Assembly (NCBI GenBank): GCA_013239625.1
Contig: MU054085.1
Coordinates: forward strand, 234,666-293,001
DNA length: 58,336 bases
Direction of reading: 5' to 3'
From: Lama guanicoe
Taxonomy: Eukaryota
The notes beneath the pieces are model-generated. The model was not told the DNA's origin. It did not search any database and worked only from the letters and a program-made list of their open reading frames with translations. The translations under genes were made by a program, and so were the position numbers. Shown piece by piece: positions 22,491 through 35,575 of this stretch (the first letter of the stretch is position 1; the number at the start of each line of letters is the position of its first letter).

Positions 22491-22631
22491 GCTCATGCAT
22501 TTGGTTTGTCAGTAACCCTTAACCTATTGAAATCTAAGTGGTTTCTAATTAGCTGGGTTCTTTTGTATATATATATATACATAAATATAAACAAGCAAAA
22601 TATATACATACAATCTATATATATATATATA

Positions 22632-25600
22632 TTTATTGACATATCGTCAGTTTACAATGTTGTGTCAATGTCTGTTGAACAGCATAATGCTTCAGTCATA
22701 CATGAATATACATATATTCATTTTCATATTCTTTTTCACTGTAAGCTACTATAAGAAATCACGTATAGCTCCCTGTGCTATATAGTATAAACTTGTTTAT
22801 TTTATATTATATATAATATATATTATATATATATTAGTTAATGTCTGCAAATCTCAAACTCTCAATTTATCCCTTCCCATCCCCTTCCCTCCCTGGGAAC
22901 CATAAGTTTGTTTTCTATGTCTGTGAGTCTGTTTCTATTCTGTAAATAAGTTCATTAGTCTTTTTTTTTTTTTGGATTCTACATGAGTGATATCATATGC
23001 TATTTTTCTTTCTCTTTCTGCCTTACTTCACTTAGAAACGACATTCTCCAGGGCCATCCATGTTGCTGCAAATAGCATTATTTTATTCTTTTTTATGGCT
23101 GAGTAGTATTCCATTGTGTAAATATACCACCACTTCTTTATCCAATCTTCTCTCTATGGACACTTATGTTGTTTCCAAGTCTTGGCTATTGTAAATAATT
23201 CTTCTTTGAACATTGGGAGCATGTATCTTTTTGAATTAAGGTTCCCTCTGGATATGTGCCCAGGAGTGGGATTACTGGGTCATAGGGTAAATCTATTTTT
23301 AGTCTTTTGAGGAATCTCCATACCATTTTCCAAAATGGCTGCACTAAACTACATTCCTACCAGCAGTGTAGGAGGGTTCCCTTTTCTCCACACCCTCTCC
23401 AGCTTTTATCATTTGTGGACATTTTAATGATGGCCATTTTGACTGGTGTGAGGTGATACCACATTGTAGCTTTGCTTTGCATTTCTCTGATAATTAGCAA
23501 TATTGAGCATCTTTTCATGTGCCTATTGGCCATTTGTATGTTTTCATTGGAGAATTGCTTGTTTAGGTCTTCTGCCCATTTTAGGATTTTTTTTTCTTAT
23601 TAAGTTCTATGAGCTGTTTATATATTCTAGAAATTAAGCCCTTGTCAGTCTCATTTTTTGCAAATGTTTTCTCTCATTCTGTAGGTTGTCTTTTTGTTTG
23701 CTTATGGTTTCCTTTGCTGTGTAAAAGCTTATAAGTTTCATTAGGTCCCATTTGTTTATTCTTGCTTTCATTTCTATTGTCTGGGTAGACTGCCCTAGGA
23801 GAATATTGCTGAGATTTATGTCAGATAATGTTTTCCTATTTTTTTCTTCTAAGAGGGTTATTGTGTCTTGTCTTATGTTTAAGTCTTTAAGTCATTCTGA
23901 GTTTAGTTTTGTATATGGTGTGAGGGAGTGTTCTAAGTTCATTGATTTACATGCAACTGTCCAGTTTTTCCAACATCATTTTCTGAAGACATTGTCTTTA
24001 TTCCATTGTATGTTCTTGCCTCCTTTGTCAAAGATTAATTGACCAAAAGTTTCTAGGTTCACTTCTGAGCTCTCTATTCTGCTCAAATGGTCCATATGTC
24101 TGTTTTTGTACCAATACCATGCTGGTTTGATTACTGTAGCTCTGTAATATGGTCTGAAGTCTGGGAGAGTTATTCCTCCAACTTCATTCTTTTTCTTCAG
24201 AATTGCTTTGGCAATTCTGGGTCTTTCGTGATTCCATATACATTTTAGGATTATTTTTTCTAGTTCTGTGAAAAAGTTTCCTAGGTAATTTGATAGGGAT
24301 CACATTAAATTTGTATATTGCTTGGGGTAGTATGTTCATTTTAACAATATTAATTCTTCCAATCCAAGAACATGGGATATCTTTCCATTTCCTTCAGTAA
24401 TTTTTAATTTCCTTAGTCAATGTTTTGTAGTTCTCCACATATAAGTATTTCATTTCCTTCGTCAGATTTATTATGAAGTATTTTATTTTTCTGGATGCAA
24501 TTTTGAAAGGGATTGTTTCTTTACTTTCCTTCTCTGATATTTCATTGTTAGTGTAGAGAAATACAACTGATTTCTGTATGTTAATCCTGTATTCTGCTAC
24601 CTTGCCAAATTCTTTTATCAGCTCTAGTAGTTTTTGTGTGGAGCCCTTAGGGTTTTCTATATATAGTATTATGTCATCTGCATACAGTGACAATTTTACG
24701 TTTTCTCTTCCATCTTGGATCCCTTTTATTTCTTTTTCTTGTCTGATTGCTATGGCTAGGACTTCCAATATTATACTGAATAGAAGTGTTGAGGATGGAA
24801 GTCCTTGTCTTATTCCAGATTTGAGTGAGAAGGCTTTCAACTTTTCACTGTTGAATATTATGATGGCTGTGGATTTGTCATAATCCCTCTATACTCACTT
24901 TGGTTAGAATTTTTATCATAAATATATGTGAAATTTTATCAAATACTTTTTCTAAATCTATTGAGATGATCTTGTGATTTTTCTCTTTCTTTTGTTGATA
25001 TGGTGTATCACATTGATTGATTTGCATATGTTGAACCATCCTTGTGTCCCTGGGATGAACCAAAATTGACCATGGTATATAATCTTTTTTATGTGTTGTT
25101 GGATTCTGTTTGCTAATATTTTGTTGAGAATTTTTGCATGTATGCTCATCAATAATATTGGCCTATAGTTTTCTTTTTTGGTAGTGTCTTTGTCCGGCTT
25201 TGGTATCGCGGTGATGGCAGCTTCATTGTTTAGGAGTATTTCATTCTCATCAGACTTTTGGAAGAGTTTGAGAAGGATCAGTATGAGCTCTTCTTTGTAT
25301 GTTTGATAGAATTCCCTAGTGAAGCCATCTGGTCCTGGACTTTTGTTTGCAGGGAGGTTTTTTTATTGCTGATTTTTTTTCCCTTCTAGAGATGTCTGTT
25401 CAAGTGATCTATTTCTTCTTGATTCAGTTTTGGTGGACTGTGTGTTTCTGGAAACTTGTCCATTTCTTCTAAGTTGTCCAATTTATTGCCATATTATTGT
25501 TTATAGTATTCTCTTACAAATTTTTGTATTTCTGTGGTGTTGGTTATAATTTCTCCATTATCATTACTTATTTTGTTTACTTGTGTCCTTTCTCTTTTCT

Positions 25601-26391
25601 TCTTGGTGAGCCTGGCCAGAGGTTTGTCAATTTTGTTTACTCTTTTTTTTTTTTTAAATCGCTCTTGGTTTGATTGACTTTTTCTAATTTTTTTTGATCC
25701 ATTCCATATATTTCCTTCCTGATTTTTATTATTGCCTTCCATCTGCTGACTTTAGGTTTTTTTTTTTTCTTCTTTTTCTAATTCTTTTAGGTGGAATTTC
25801 AGGTTGTTTATTTGAGATTGTTCTCATTTTTTGAGGAAGAACTATGAAGTTCCCTCTTAGGACTGCTTTTGCTGCAGCCATAGATTTTAAGTGGTTGTAT
25901 TTTCACTGTTGTTTGTCCTAAGGTAATTTTTAATTTCTTCTTTGTTTTCATCATCAAGCCATTGGTTTTTTAGTAACATGTTTGTTAAGTGTCCATGTGT
26001 TGTTTTCTTTCTCCTTTTTTTTCTGTGGTTGATTTCTAGTTTCATGTCACTGTGGTCAAGAGAAGATGCTTGAAATAATTTCTATCCTCTTAAATCTACT
26101 GAGGCTTTTTTGGGCTTGAGTATGTAGTCTATCCTAGACAATGTTCCATAAGCATTTGAAAAGAATCTGTATTCTGTTTGGGGGGATGTAATGACCTAAA
26201 AATATCAACCAAGTCCAACTGTTCTGTTTTGTCATGTAGTATTTCCATTGCTTTATTGATTTTCTATCTGGAAGACTTGTCCAATGATGTTAGTGGGGTG
26301 TTAAAGTCTCCTTCTGTTGTTGTATTCCCATCATTTTCTCCCTTTATGTCTGTCAGTATTTGTTTTATATATTTAAGTGCTCCTATATTGG
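22632..26391 (-). mobile_element. Young camelid-type L1, 5'-truncated within the endonuclease domain
   Basis: Minus-strand RT peptide at 24394-24840 ([12 protein letters not shown]...[16 protein letters not shown]); [19 protein letters not shown]; ends at EN NIGA motif; frameshifted. Confidence 0.95.
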
Positions 26392-26700
26392 TTAGTCATA
26401 AAAATCACAAAAGAAGAGAACAAAAGAAGAAAAAAAGGGGAAAAAACACCTACCAAAATAACTGAAAACAATGAACAAATGGCAATATGCACATACATAT
26501 CAGTAATTACCTTAAATGTAAATGGACTGTGCTCCAGTCAAAAGACACAGACTAGCTGAGTGAATATAAAATCAGAAACCAAAAGAGGGACAGTGATACT
26601 GAAATCAGGTAAAGTATACTTTAAAATAAGGACTGTTACAAGAGACAAAGAAGGACACTACATAATAATCAAGGGATCAATCCAAGAAGAAAATAAAATA

Positions 26701-27277
26701 NNNNNNNNNNNNNNNNNNNNNNNNNNNNNNNNNNNNNNNNNNNNNNNNNNNNNNNNNNNNNNNNNNNNNNNNNNNNNNNNNNNNNNNNNNNNNNNNNNNN
26801 NNNNNNNNNNNNNNNNNNNNNNNNNNNNNNNNNNNNNNNNNNNNNNNNNNNNNNNNNNNNNNNNNNNNNNNNNNNNNNNNNNNNNNNNNNNNNNNNNNNN
26901 NNNNNNNNNNNNNNNNNNNNNNNNNNNNNNNNNNNNNNNNNNNNNNNNNNNNNNNNNNNNNNNNNNNNNNNNNNNNNNNNNNNNNNNNNNNNNNNNNNNN
27001 NNNNNNNNNNNNNNNNNNNNNNNNNNNNNNNNNNNNNNNNNNNNNNNNNNNNNNNNNNNNNNNNNNNNNNNNNNNNNNNNNNNNNNNNNNNNNNNNNNNN
27101 NNNNNNNNNNNNNNNNNNNNNNNNNNNNNNNNNNNNNNNNNNNNNNNNNNNNNNNNNNNNNNNNNNNNNNNNNNNNNNNNNNNNNNNNNNNNNNNNNNNN
27201 NNNNNNNNNNNNNNNNNNNNNNNNNNNNNNNNNNNNNNNNNNNNNNNNNNNNNNNNNNNNNNNNNNNNNNNNNNNNN
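26701..27277. other. Assembly gap (N)
   Basis: Run of N. Confidence 1.
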
Positions 27278-29686
27278 AGAAGAAATAAAACAAATACCTA
27301 GAGATAAATGATGAAAGCATGAAGATCCAAAACCTATGGGATGAAACAAAACTGTTTTAAGAGGGAAGTTTATAGCAATAAAAACTTACCTCAGGAAACA
27401 AGAACCATCTTAAATAAAACACCTAACCTTACACCTAAAGTAACTAGAGATAGAAAAGCAAACAAAACACAAAATTAGTAGAAGAAAAGAAAGGAAAGAT
27501 TACAGTAGAAATAAATGAAATAGAAACTAAGAAATGAATAGAAAATATCAATAACACTTAAAGTTGGTTCTTCAAAGAGATAAACAAAGTTGATAAATCT
27601 TTAGCCAGATTTATCAAGAAAAAAAAAAAAGAGAAAGTGTCCAAATAAATAAAATCAGAAATGAAAGATGAGAAGTTACAACCAACACCACAGAAATAAA
27701 AGATCATAAGAACCTACCACAAGCAACTATAAGCCAATAAATTGGACAACCTAGAAGAGATGGATGGATTCCTACATATGAGCAGTCTTCCTGTACAAGA
27801 AAGATGTAGAATATTGAACAGACCGATTAACAACAATTAAATTGAATCAGTAAATGAAAAGTTTCCAACAAGCAAAAGTCCATGACCAGATGGCTTCACA
27901 GGTAAACTATTTAGAGAAGAATTTTGAAAATATTCCTCCCCCACCCAAAAAAATATAGAGGAATGGAACACTTCCAAATGCAATCCATGAAGCCCGAATC
28001 ACACTGACACTGAATCCAGACAACAACATCACACACAAAGAAGGGAAATTACAGGCCAATATCACTGATAAACAGAGATATAAAAATCCTCAACAAAATA
28101 CTAGCAAACTGACTCCAACAATACTTTAAAAATACCAAATATCATGATGAAGTGGAGTTTATTGCAGGGGTGCAATGATATTTCAATATCTTCAAATCAG
28201 TAAGTGATACAACACATTAACAAACTGAAGGATAAATGATCATCTCAATAGATGGTGAAAATTTTAACATTCACTTACGATAAAAACTCTCTAGAAAGTG
28301 GGCATACAGTGAAACTAACTTCACCTATTAAGCTCTATATATATGACAAACCCACAGCCAATATTCTCAGTTCTGAAAAGATGAAAACATTTTCTCCAAG
28401 ATCAGAACAAGACAAAGATACCCACTCACCATTTTTATTCAGCATAGTTTTGGAAGTCCTGGCCACAGCAATCAGGAAAGAAAAAGAAATAAAATGAATC
28501 CAAATCAGAAAACAAGAAGTAAAACTGTCATTATTTGAAGGTGATATAATGCTATACATCAAAAATCCCAGTGTTGCAACCAGAAAACTAGAGCTCATCT
28601 ATGAATTTGGAAAAGTTGCAGGATACAAAACTAATATAAAGAAATATGTTGCATTTCTATACACTAACAATGAAGAATCAGAAAGAGAAATTAAGGAAAC
28701 AGTCCATTTACCTTCACATCAAAAATAATAAAATACCTAGGAATAAATCCATCTGAGGATTTAAAAAATCCTGTACTCAGAAGACTATAAGTCACTAATG
28801 AAAGAAATTAAAGAGAACACAAACAAGTGAAAAGATATACCATGTTTTTGTACTGGAAGAATTAATATTGTTAAAATGACCATACTAACAAAGGCAATCT
28901 ACAGTGCTATCCCTATCACCATACCAGTGACATTTTTGACAAAACTCGAACCAATAATCTAAAAAATTTTATGGACCCACAAAAGACTCCAAGGAGCCCA
29001 AACAACTGGAGAAAAAAACAGAGCTGGAGTAATTACACTTCCTGACTTCAGATTATACTCTGAAACTACAGTACTCAAAACAGTATGATACTGGCACAAA
29101 ACCAGAAAATAGAATAATGGGACAAAATAGAGAGCCTAGAAATAAACTCACATACTTATGATGAATTAAGGAGGCTGCAGTATACAATAGAGAAAGACAG
29201 ATTGTTCAATAAGATTTGCTAGGAACACTGGACAACTACACGTAAAAGAATGAAATTAGAACATTCTCCAACACCATATACAAATATACACTCAAAATGG
29301 ATTAAAGACTTAATGTAAGACCAGGCTGTAAATACTATGTTTCCTAGAGGAAAACAGACAAAACACACTTTGACAGAAATTTCAGCAATATTTTTGGGGA
29401 TCTATCTCTTAAAAGAAAGGAAATAAAAAAAATAAGTAAATGGAACCAAATTAAACTCAAAATCTTTTGAACAGCAAAGGAAACTTTCCACAAAATGAAA
29501 AGACAACCTACTGAATGGGAGAAAATATTTGTGTAAGATGTTAATAACCAAAATATATAAACATACAACTTAATAGTAATAATAATAAAACAATCCAAAC
29601 ATGGGCAGAAGACCTAAAAAAGCAATTCTCCAATGAAGACATACAAGTAGCCAATAGGCACATGAAAAAATGCTCAATATCACCAA

Positions 29687-30512
29687 NNNNNNNNNNNNNN
29701 NNNNNNNNNNNNNNNNNNNNNNNNNNNNNNNNNNNNNNNNNNNNNNNNNNNNNNNNNNNNNNNNNNNNNNNNNNNNNNNNNNNNNNNNNNNNNNNNNNNN
29801 NNNNNNNNNNNNNNNNNNNNNNNNNNNNNNNNNNNNNNNNNNNNNNNNNNNNNNNNNNNNNNNNNNNNNNNNNNNNNNNNNNNNNNNNNNNNNNNNNNNN
29901 NNNNNNNNNNNNNNNNNNNNNNNNNNNNNNNNNNNNNNNNNNNNNNNNNNNNNNNNNNNNNNNNNNNNNNNNNNNNNNNNNNNNNNNNNNNNNNNNNNNN
30001 NNNNNNNNNNNNNNNNNNNNNNNNNNNNNNNNNNNNNNNNNNNNNNNNNNNNNNNNNNNNNNNNNNNNNNNNNNNNNNNNNNNNNNNNNNNNNNNNNNNN
30101 NNNNNNNNNNNNNNNNNNNNNNNNNNNNNNNNNNNNNNNNNNNNNNNNNNNNNNNNNNNNNNNNNNNNNNNNNNNNNNNNNNNNNNNNNNNNNNNNNNNN
30201 NNNNNNNNNNNNNNNNNNNNNNNNNNNNNNNNNNNNNNNNNNNNNNNNNNNNNNNNNNNNNNNNNNNNNNNNNNNNNNNNNNNNNNNNNNNNNNNNNNNN
30301 NNNNNNNNNNNNNNNNNNNNNNNNNNNNNNNNNNNNNNNNNNNNNNNNNNNNNNNNNNNNNNNNNNNNNNNNNNNNNNNNNNNNNNNNNNNNNNNNNNNN
30401 NNNNNNNNNNNNNNNNNNNNNNNNNNNNNNNNNNNNNNNNNNNNNNNNNNNNNNNNNNNNNNNNNNNNNNNNNNNNNNNNNNNNNNNNNNNNNNNNNNNN
30501 NNNNNNNNNNNN
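29687..30512. other. Assembly gap (N)
   Basis: Run of N. Confidence 1.
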
Positions 30513-31394
30513 AGAGGCCTGCAGATGTCCAAGAAGCCCATGAAAAGCTTCTCTACATCCTTTATCATCAGATATATGCAAGTGAAAACTACTATGAGAC
30601 ATACCTTACATCTGTCACAAAGGCTATCATCAAAAAGGACACAAATAACAAATGTTAGGAAGGATTTGGAGAAAAGAGAACCCTCATTCACTGTTGGTGG
30701 AAATGTACATTGGTGCCGATACACTGGAAAACAATATGGAGGTTTCTCAAAAAAACTAAAAGTAGAACTACCATGTGACTCAGCAGTTCCACTCCTGGGT
30801 ATATATCTGAAAAAAGGAACCCACTAATTCAAAAAGATACATTTATCCCAATTTTCATAGCAGCATTATTTACAGTTGCCAAGATATGGGAGCAACCTAA
30901 TTGTCCATCAACAGATGAGTGGCTAAAAAAGATATATATAAACACAATGGAATACTGCTGAATCATAAAAAAGAACAAAATTTTGCCATTTGCAGTAGCA
31001 TGGATGGATTTGGATAGTATTATAGTAAGTGAAATAAAGAAGACAGAGAAAGAAAAATACTGTATGACATTAGTTGTATGTGAAATCTAAAAATTAAAAC
31101 AAAATAGTGAATACAACAAAAAATAAATACAGATATAGGGAACAAACTAGTGGTTAACAGTGGGGAGAGGGAAGGGGGAAGGACAAGATGGGGTGAGGGA
31201 TTAGAAGGTACAAATTGTTATGTATAAAATGAGATACAAGGATATATTATATAACACAGAATACAGCCAATATTTTATAATAACTATAAATGGAGAATAA
31301 CCTTTAAAAACTGTGAATTACTATATTGTACATCTTTAACTTACATAATATTGTACTTCAACTTTACTTGAATTAAAAAATACTCTTTGACAAA

Positions 31395-33105
31395 TTGAAT
31401 AATAAAACAAGAGCCTAAAATATGCTGCCTACAAGAGACAAATTTTAAGGTGAAGGACACACATAGATTGAAAGTGGCAGGATGGAAAAAGATATTTTAT
31501 GTAAATAGAAATGACAAAGTAGGTTATCAGTACTCATATCAGATAAAATAGACTTTAAAACAAGGCCATAAAGAAAGTTAAAGGACATTATATAACGATT
31601 AAAGGATAAATACAAGGAAATGATATTACACTCATTAACATATATGAACCCAATACAGGGGCACCTAAGGCCTTAAAACAAACACTAACAGACATAAAGG
31701 GAGAAATTGATGGTAATGCAATAATACTAGGAAACTTGAACACTCCACTGACATCAATGGATAGATTATCCAGACAGAAAATCAGTAAGGCAACAGAAAT
31801 CCTAAATGACATAAGAACAGTTGGATTTAATTGATATTTTCAGGATATTACATCCAAAAATCCCAAAAACATAATATAAATTCTTTTCAAGTGTGGACTA
31901 TCCTGTAGGATAGACCACATCCTTGGACACCAAAGGAGCCTCAGCAAATTTAAGAGAGTAGAAATTATTTCAAGCATCTTTTCTGACCACAGTGGCATGA
32001 AACAAGAAATCAAACAAAGGGGGAAAAAAAGGGAGTAAAAAAATGACTGCATAGAGACTAAACAACATGCTACTAAAAAAAAAATGTATCAACAGTGAAA
32101 TCAAAGAGGAAATGAAAAAATACCTTGAGACAAATGACAGTGAAAACACAACCACACAAAATCTATGGGATTAAGCAAAAGCAGTCCTAAGAGGGAAGTT
32201 CATAGTGATGCAGGCCTTCCTCAAAAAGCAAGAAAAAAATCTCAAATAAACAATCTAAACTACCACCTAAAAGAATTAGAGAAAGAAGAACAAAAATAAC
32301 CTACAGTCAGCAGGAAGAAAATAATTAAGATCAGAGATGGAATAAGTAAAATAGAGATTTTTTTTAAAAAATAGAAAATGTCAATAAAACCAAGAGCTGG
32401 TTTTTAGAAATTGTAAATGAAATCAACAAAACTCTGGTCTAACTTACCAAGAAGAAAAGAGAGAAAACCCAAATAAACAAAATAAGAAATTAAGGAGAAG
32501 AAACAACAAGTGATATTCCACATGTACAAAAAAAAAACCCCCACAAGAGAATAGTATGAACAATTATATGCCAACACATTGAATAACCTAGAAGAAATGA
32601 ACAGGTTTCTAGACACAGTTCACCAAAACTGAATCAGGAGGAAGTAAATAATTTGAACAGAGTGATCACTAGAAGTGAAATAGAATATGTAATTTTAAAA
32701 AGAAAAAAAAAATCCTTAGAAACAAAAGTCTAGGACTGGATGGCTTCACTGAGGAATTCTACCAAACATAGAGAGAAAAATTTATACCAGCCCTTCTCAA
32801 ACTCTTTCAAAAGTTTGAAGAGGAAGGAATACTCCCAAAGTCATTCTATGCAGCCACTGTCTTCCTGATACAAAAAACAGAGAAAGACATTATGAAAAAA
32901 TAAAGTTACAGGCCACTGACTTTAATGAACATAGAATCAAAATCCTCAACAAAATATTGAAAATTAAATCCAACAATACATAAAAAAAGCATACACTTCG
33001 ATCAAGTTGGATTCATGCCAGTGTCACAAGGATGGTTCAACATATGCAAATCAATAAATGTGTTACACCATGTTAACAAAGTACAAAAAGCACATGATTA
33101 TCATT
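31395..33105 (+). mobile_element. L1 ORF2 fragment (EN to just before RT), no 3' end
   Basis: atatgctgcctacaagagaca (CCLQET), ttttctgaccacagtggcatg (SDH), aatcctcaacaaaata. Confidence 0.85.
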
Positions 33106-33109
33106 TAGA

Positions 33110-33405
33110 AGCTTAATACATATACAGTTGGAGCACTGGAAGGAGAAAAGAGAAAGAATGGAGAAAAAATACTTAAAGAAATAATTAATAAAATGTATGA
33201 ATGTCATCAACTTAGAGGTTCAAAATGCCCCATTAACATCAATCGTAATGTCACATCAAGACACATCATATTCAAATTGGTAAAATCTAAAGGTAAAGAA
33301 AAAATTTAAAAAGCCAGAGAAAAAATGATGCATTACATATAGTAGAACAATAATGTAAATCGTGGTTGGCTTTTTATCAGAAACAGCAGATGACAGAGGA
33401 CAGTA
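33110..33405 (+). mobile_element. Old L1M ORF1 fragment
   Basis: agacacatcatattcaaattggtaaaatctaaaggtaaagaaaaaatt (RHII.KL..K.KEKI). Confidence 0.65.
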
Positions 33406-33989
33406 GCTTACTTCACTGCTGGGTCTACGACATGTCTCAGTCATATAATAATCTATGGATAATATGTAGAAATCAGTTTTAATCACCCTTGCAAACTATA
33501 ATTATAAACACAGAATCTGTTTCTTACTCATTATGGAAATTTGGGGTCACACAGGCATCATCCTAAGGGTAAGCAATAAATGCTAGGCTTGAAAAGGAAC
33601 AGAACAATTCCAGTCAGTTTCCAGGGAGGTAAGTCTAAAAAGGGATCCAATTAAGGGTACAAAATAAGGGGCTAAGTTAGAAATGGTGTGCAGTGATAGA
33701 GGAAAAATGTGACAAATAATGACAATGTGAAACCCAGATATTCCCAGGTCATCTGGCCCTCAGAGGCCATCCTTCCTCTAATGTTCAAGTACAGTGGAGT
33801 CAGCCCCTACCCCACTGTAAGACTGTTCATTATCTCATGGTCACCTAATGTTCTGAGTTCGTCTTCACACTTAATTATTGATATTTATTCAATATCTCAC
33901 CTCCAACCAGCTGATTGTCTCTTTCTTTCTCATAACTTCAAGGGTGGAAACAGTTACTGCTTTTATTCTCCAAAGTTCCACCACCTCAG

Positions 33990-34820
33990 AGCTAGTGGAA
34001 CTGGCCCCACCCACTGAGGGCCCATGACCTGGCCTCACCCACCAGTGGGACTCCACTAGCCTCAGGATACCCAGGGCCCCACAGACCTGCCTACCAGCTC
34101 CAAGAACCCTGTTTCCCATAGCCAGAGAGCACAGGACCCAGCTCTGCCCACCACTGGGCCAGCATTAGCCCCAGGACCTGGCCTCACCCACCAGGGGACA
34201 GTCACCAACCATGGGACCCCTGGCTGTCAACCCCACTCAGCAGTGGGCCAGTACAAATTTCAGGAACCCCAGGCACATAGCTAGAGACCCTTGGACTCCA
34301 CTCCACCCTCCAGTGGCTTGCAACTAGTCCCAGAAGCCCTTAGGTTTTGGCTCCATCCACCAGTGGGTCAACTCCATGCAGAGACCCCTGGCCCCATAAC
34401 CAGAGACCCAAGGACACAGCTCTTCCCACTACTGGGCTGACACCAGCCCCAAGACCCTCTGGACTCTGACCTCACCTATCAGTTTGCAGACACCAGCCCT
34501 GGAACATTTTGGGCCCCACAGTCAGCCATCCCAGGATCTCACCCCATCTACCAGTGGGCTCACACCAGATCTGAGACACCAGTGATCCTGCAGCTATAAG
34601 CTGACACTAGCTCCAAGACCCCTAGCCCAGAGCCAGCCACCCTGGGACCCAGGTCCTCTCAACAGTGAGCCAGATTTAACCCCAAGACTCCTCTGGATTC
34701 TGTAGCCAGCTGCCTCATAACTTGGTCCCATTCACAAGTGGCCCAGCACCAGGACCCAGGCTCCCTTGGTTGTGCAGATAGCCATAACAAGACAGAGCCC
34801 CACTCACCAGAATCTGGAAG
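33990..34820 (+). repeat. Degenerate GC-rich tandem array (core gcCCCACCCACCAGTGGGC..CACCAGCCCCAGGACCC, about a dozen copies)
   Basis: Repeated cores e.g. gcctcacccaccagtggg (34031), gctctgcccaccactggg (34141), ctccatccaccagtggg (34351), ccccatctaccagtggg (34542). Confidence 0.8.
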
Positions 34821-35470
34821 CCTCTGAACGTGATGGATGATACAGAGAAGCAAATCAGTGGAATGGAAGACAGAGTCATGCAAATCATTCAAGCTGAACA
34901 GAAAAGAGAATAATTTTTTTTAATGAGGATAGTTTAAGAGACCTCTGGGGCAATATCAAACAACTAACATTCTCATTATAAGTGTCACATAAGGAGAAGA
35001 AAAAGGCAGAGAACATATATGAAGACATAATAGCTGGACATTTCCTTAACCTGGAAAAAGAAACAGACTTCCAAATCCAGGAATCACAAAGAATCCCAGA
35101 CAGGATCAATCCAAAAAGGACTATACCAAGACACATTGCAACTTAAATGCCAAAAATTAAAGATAAAGAGGGACTACTTGAAGCAGCAAAGGAAAAGTAA
35201 CCAGTTATGGACACTGGAAGGAGCACTCATAAGACTATGAGCTGACTTTTTATTAGAAAATCTTTAAGACAAAAGGGAGTGGAATGATATATTTAAAGTA
35301 ATTAAAGGGAAAACCTACGACCAGGAATTCAGATTTGAAGAGATCAAAAGTTTTCCAGACAAACAAAAGCTAAAAAAGTTCAGCACTATGAAACCAGCTT
35401 TATAAGATACGTTAAAGGAAATTTTTTAAGCAGAAAAGGAAGGCTACAACTAGAAAGATAGAAATTGCAA

Positions 35471-35575
35471 GAGGGATATGAAAATGAATATATGTATATT
35501 CATGTAAGACTGAAGAATGGTGCCGTACATGAGAAATTGACACAACATTGTGAACTGACTATACCTCAATAAAAG
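35471..35575 (+). mobile_element. ~100 bp young L1 3' tail nested in the older L1
   Basis: atatgaaaatgaatatatgtatattcatg...ctgactatacctcaataaaa; degenerate TSD gaaattgcaa / aaaattacaa. Confidence 0.8.

Larger units (their letters stand above)
26392..31380 (+). mobile_element. Degenerate L1 ORF2 (EN to 3'UTR) spanning two gaps
   Basis: MAICTYISVITLNVNGL and TVTRDKEGHYIIIKGSIQEE (EN); [27 protein letters not shown] (RT); 3'UTR ends at 31380. May be more than one insertion. Confidence 0.85.

Noticed and set aside
24394..24840. Reverse transcriptase ORF (YADD) as an active or novel RT system
   Set aside because: Ordinary L1 ORF2 fragment within a truncated, frameshifted element.
26560..30827. 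Long ORFs of 220-385 aa
   Set aside because: Artefacts of translating through N gaps; the same applies to 48504-49154.
33990..34820. CRISPR-like repeat-spacer array
   Set aside because: Mammalian context; repeats are degenerate, spacers are related to each other, no cas genes; contiguous with L1 ORF1.
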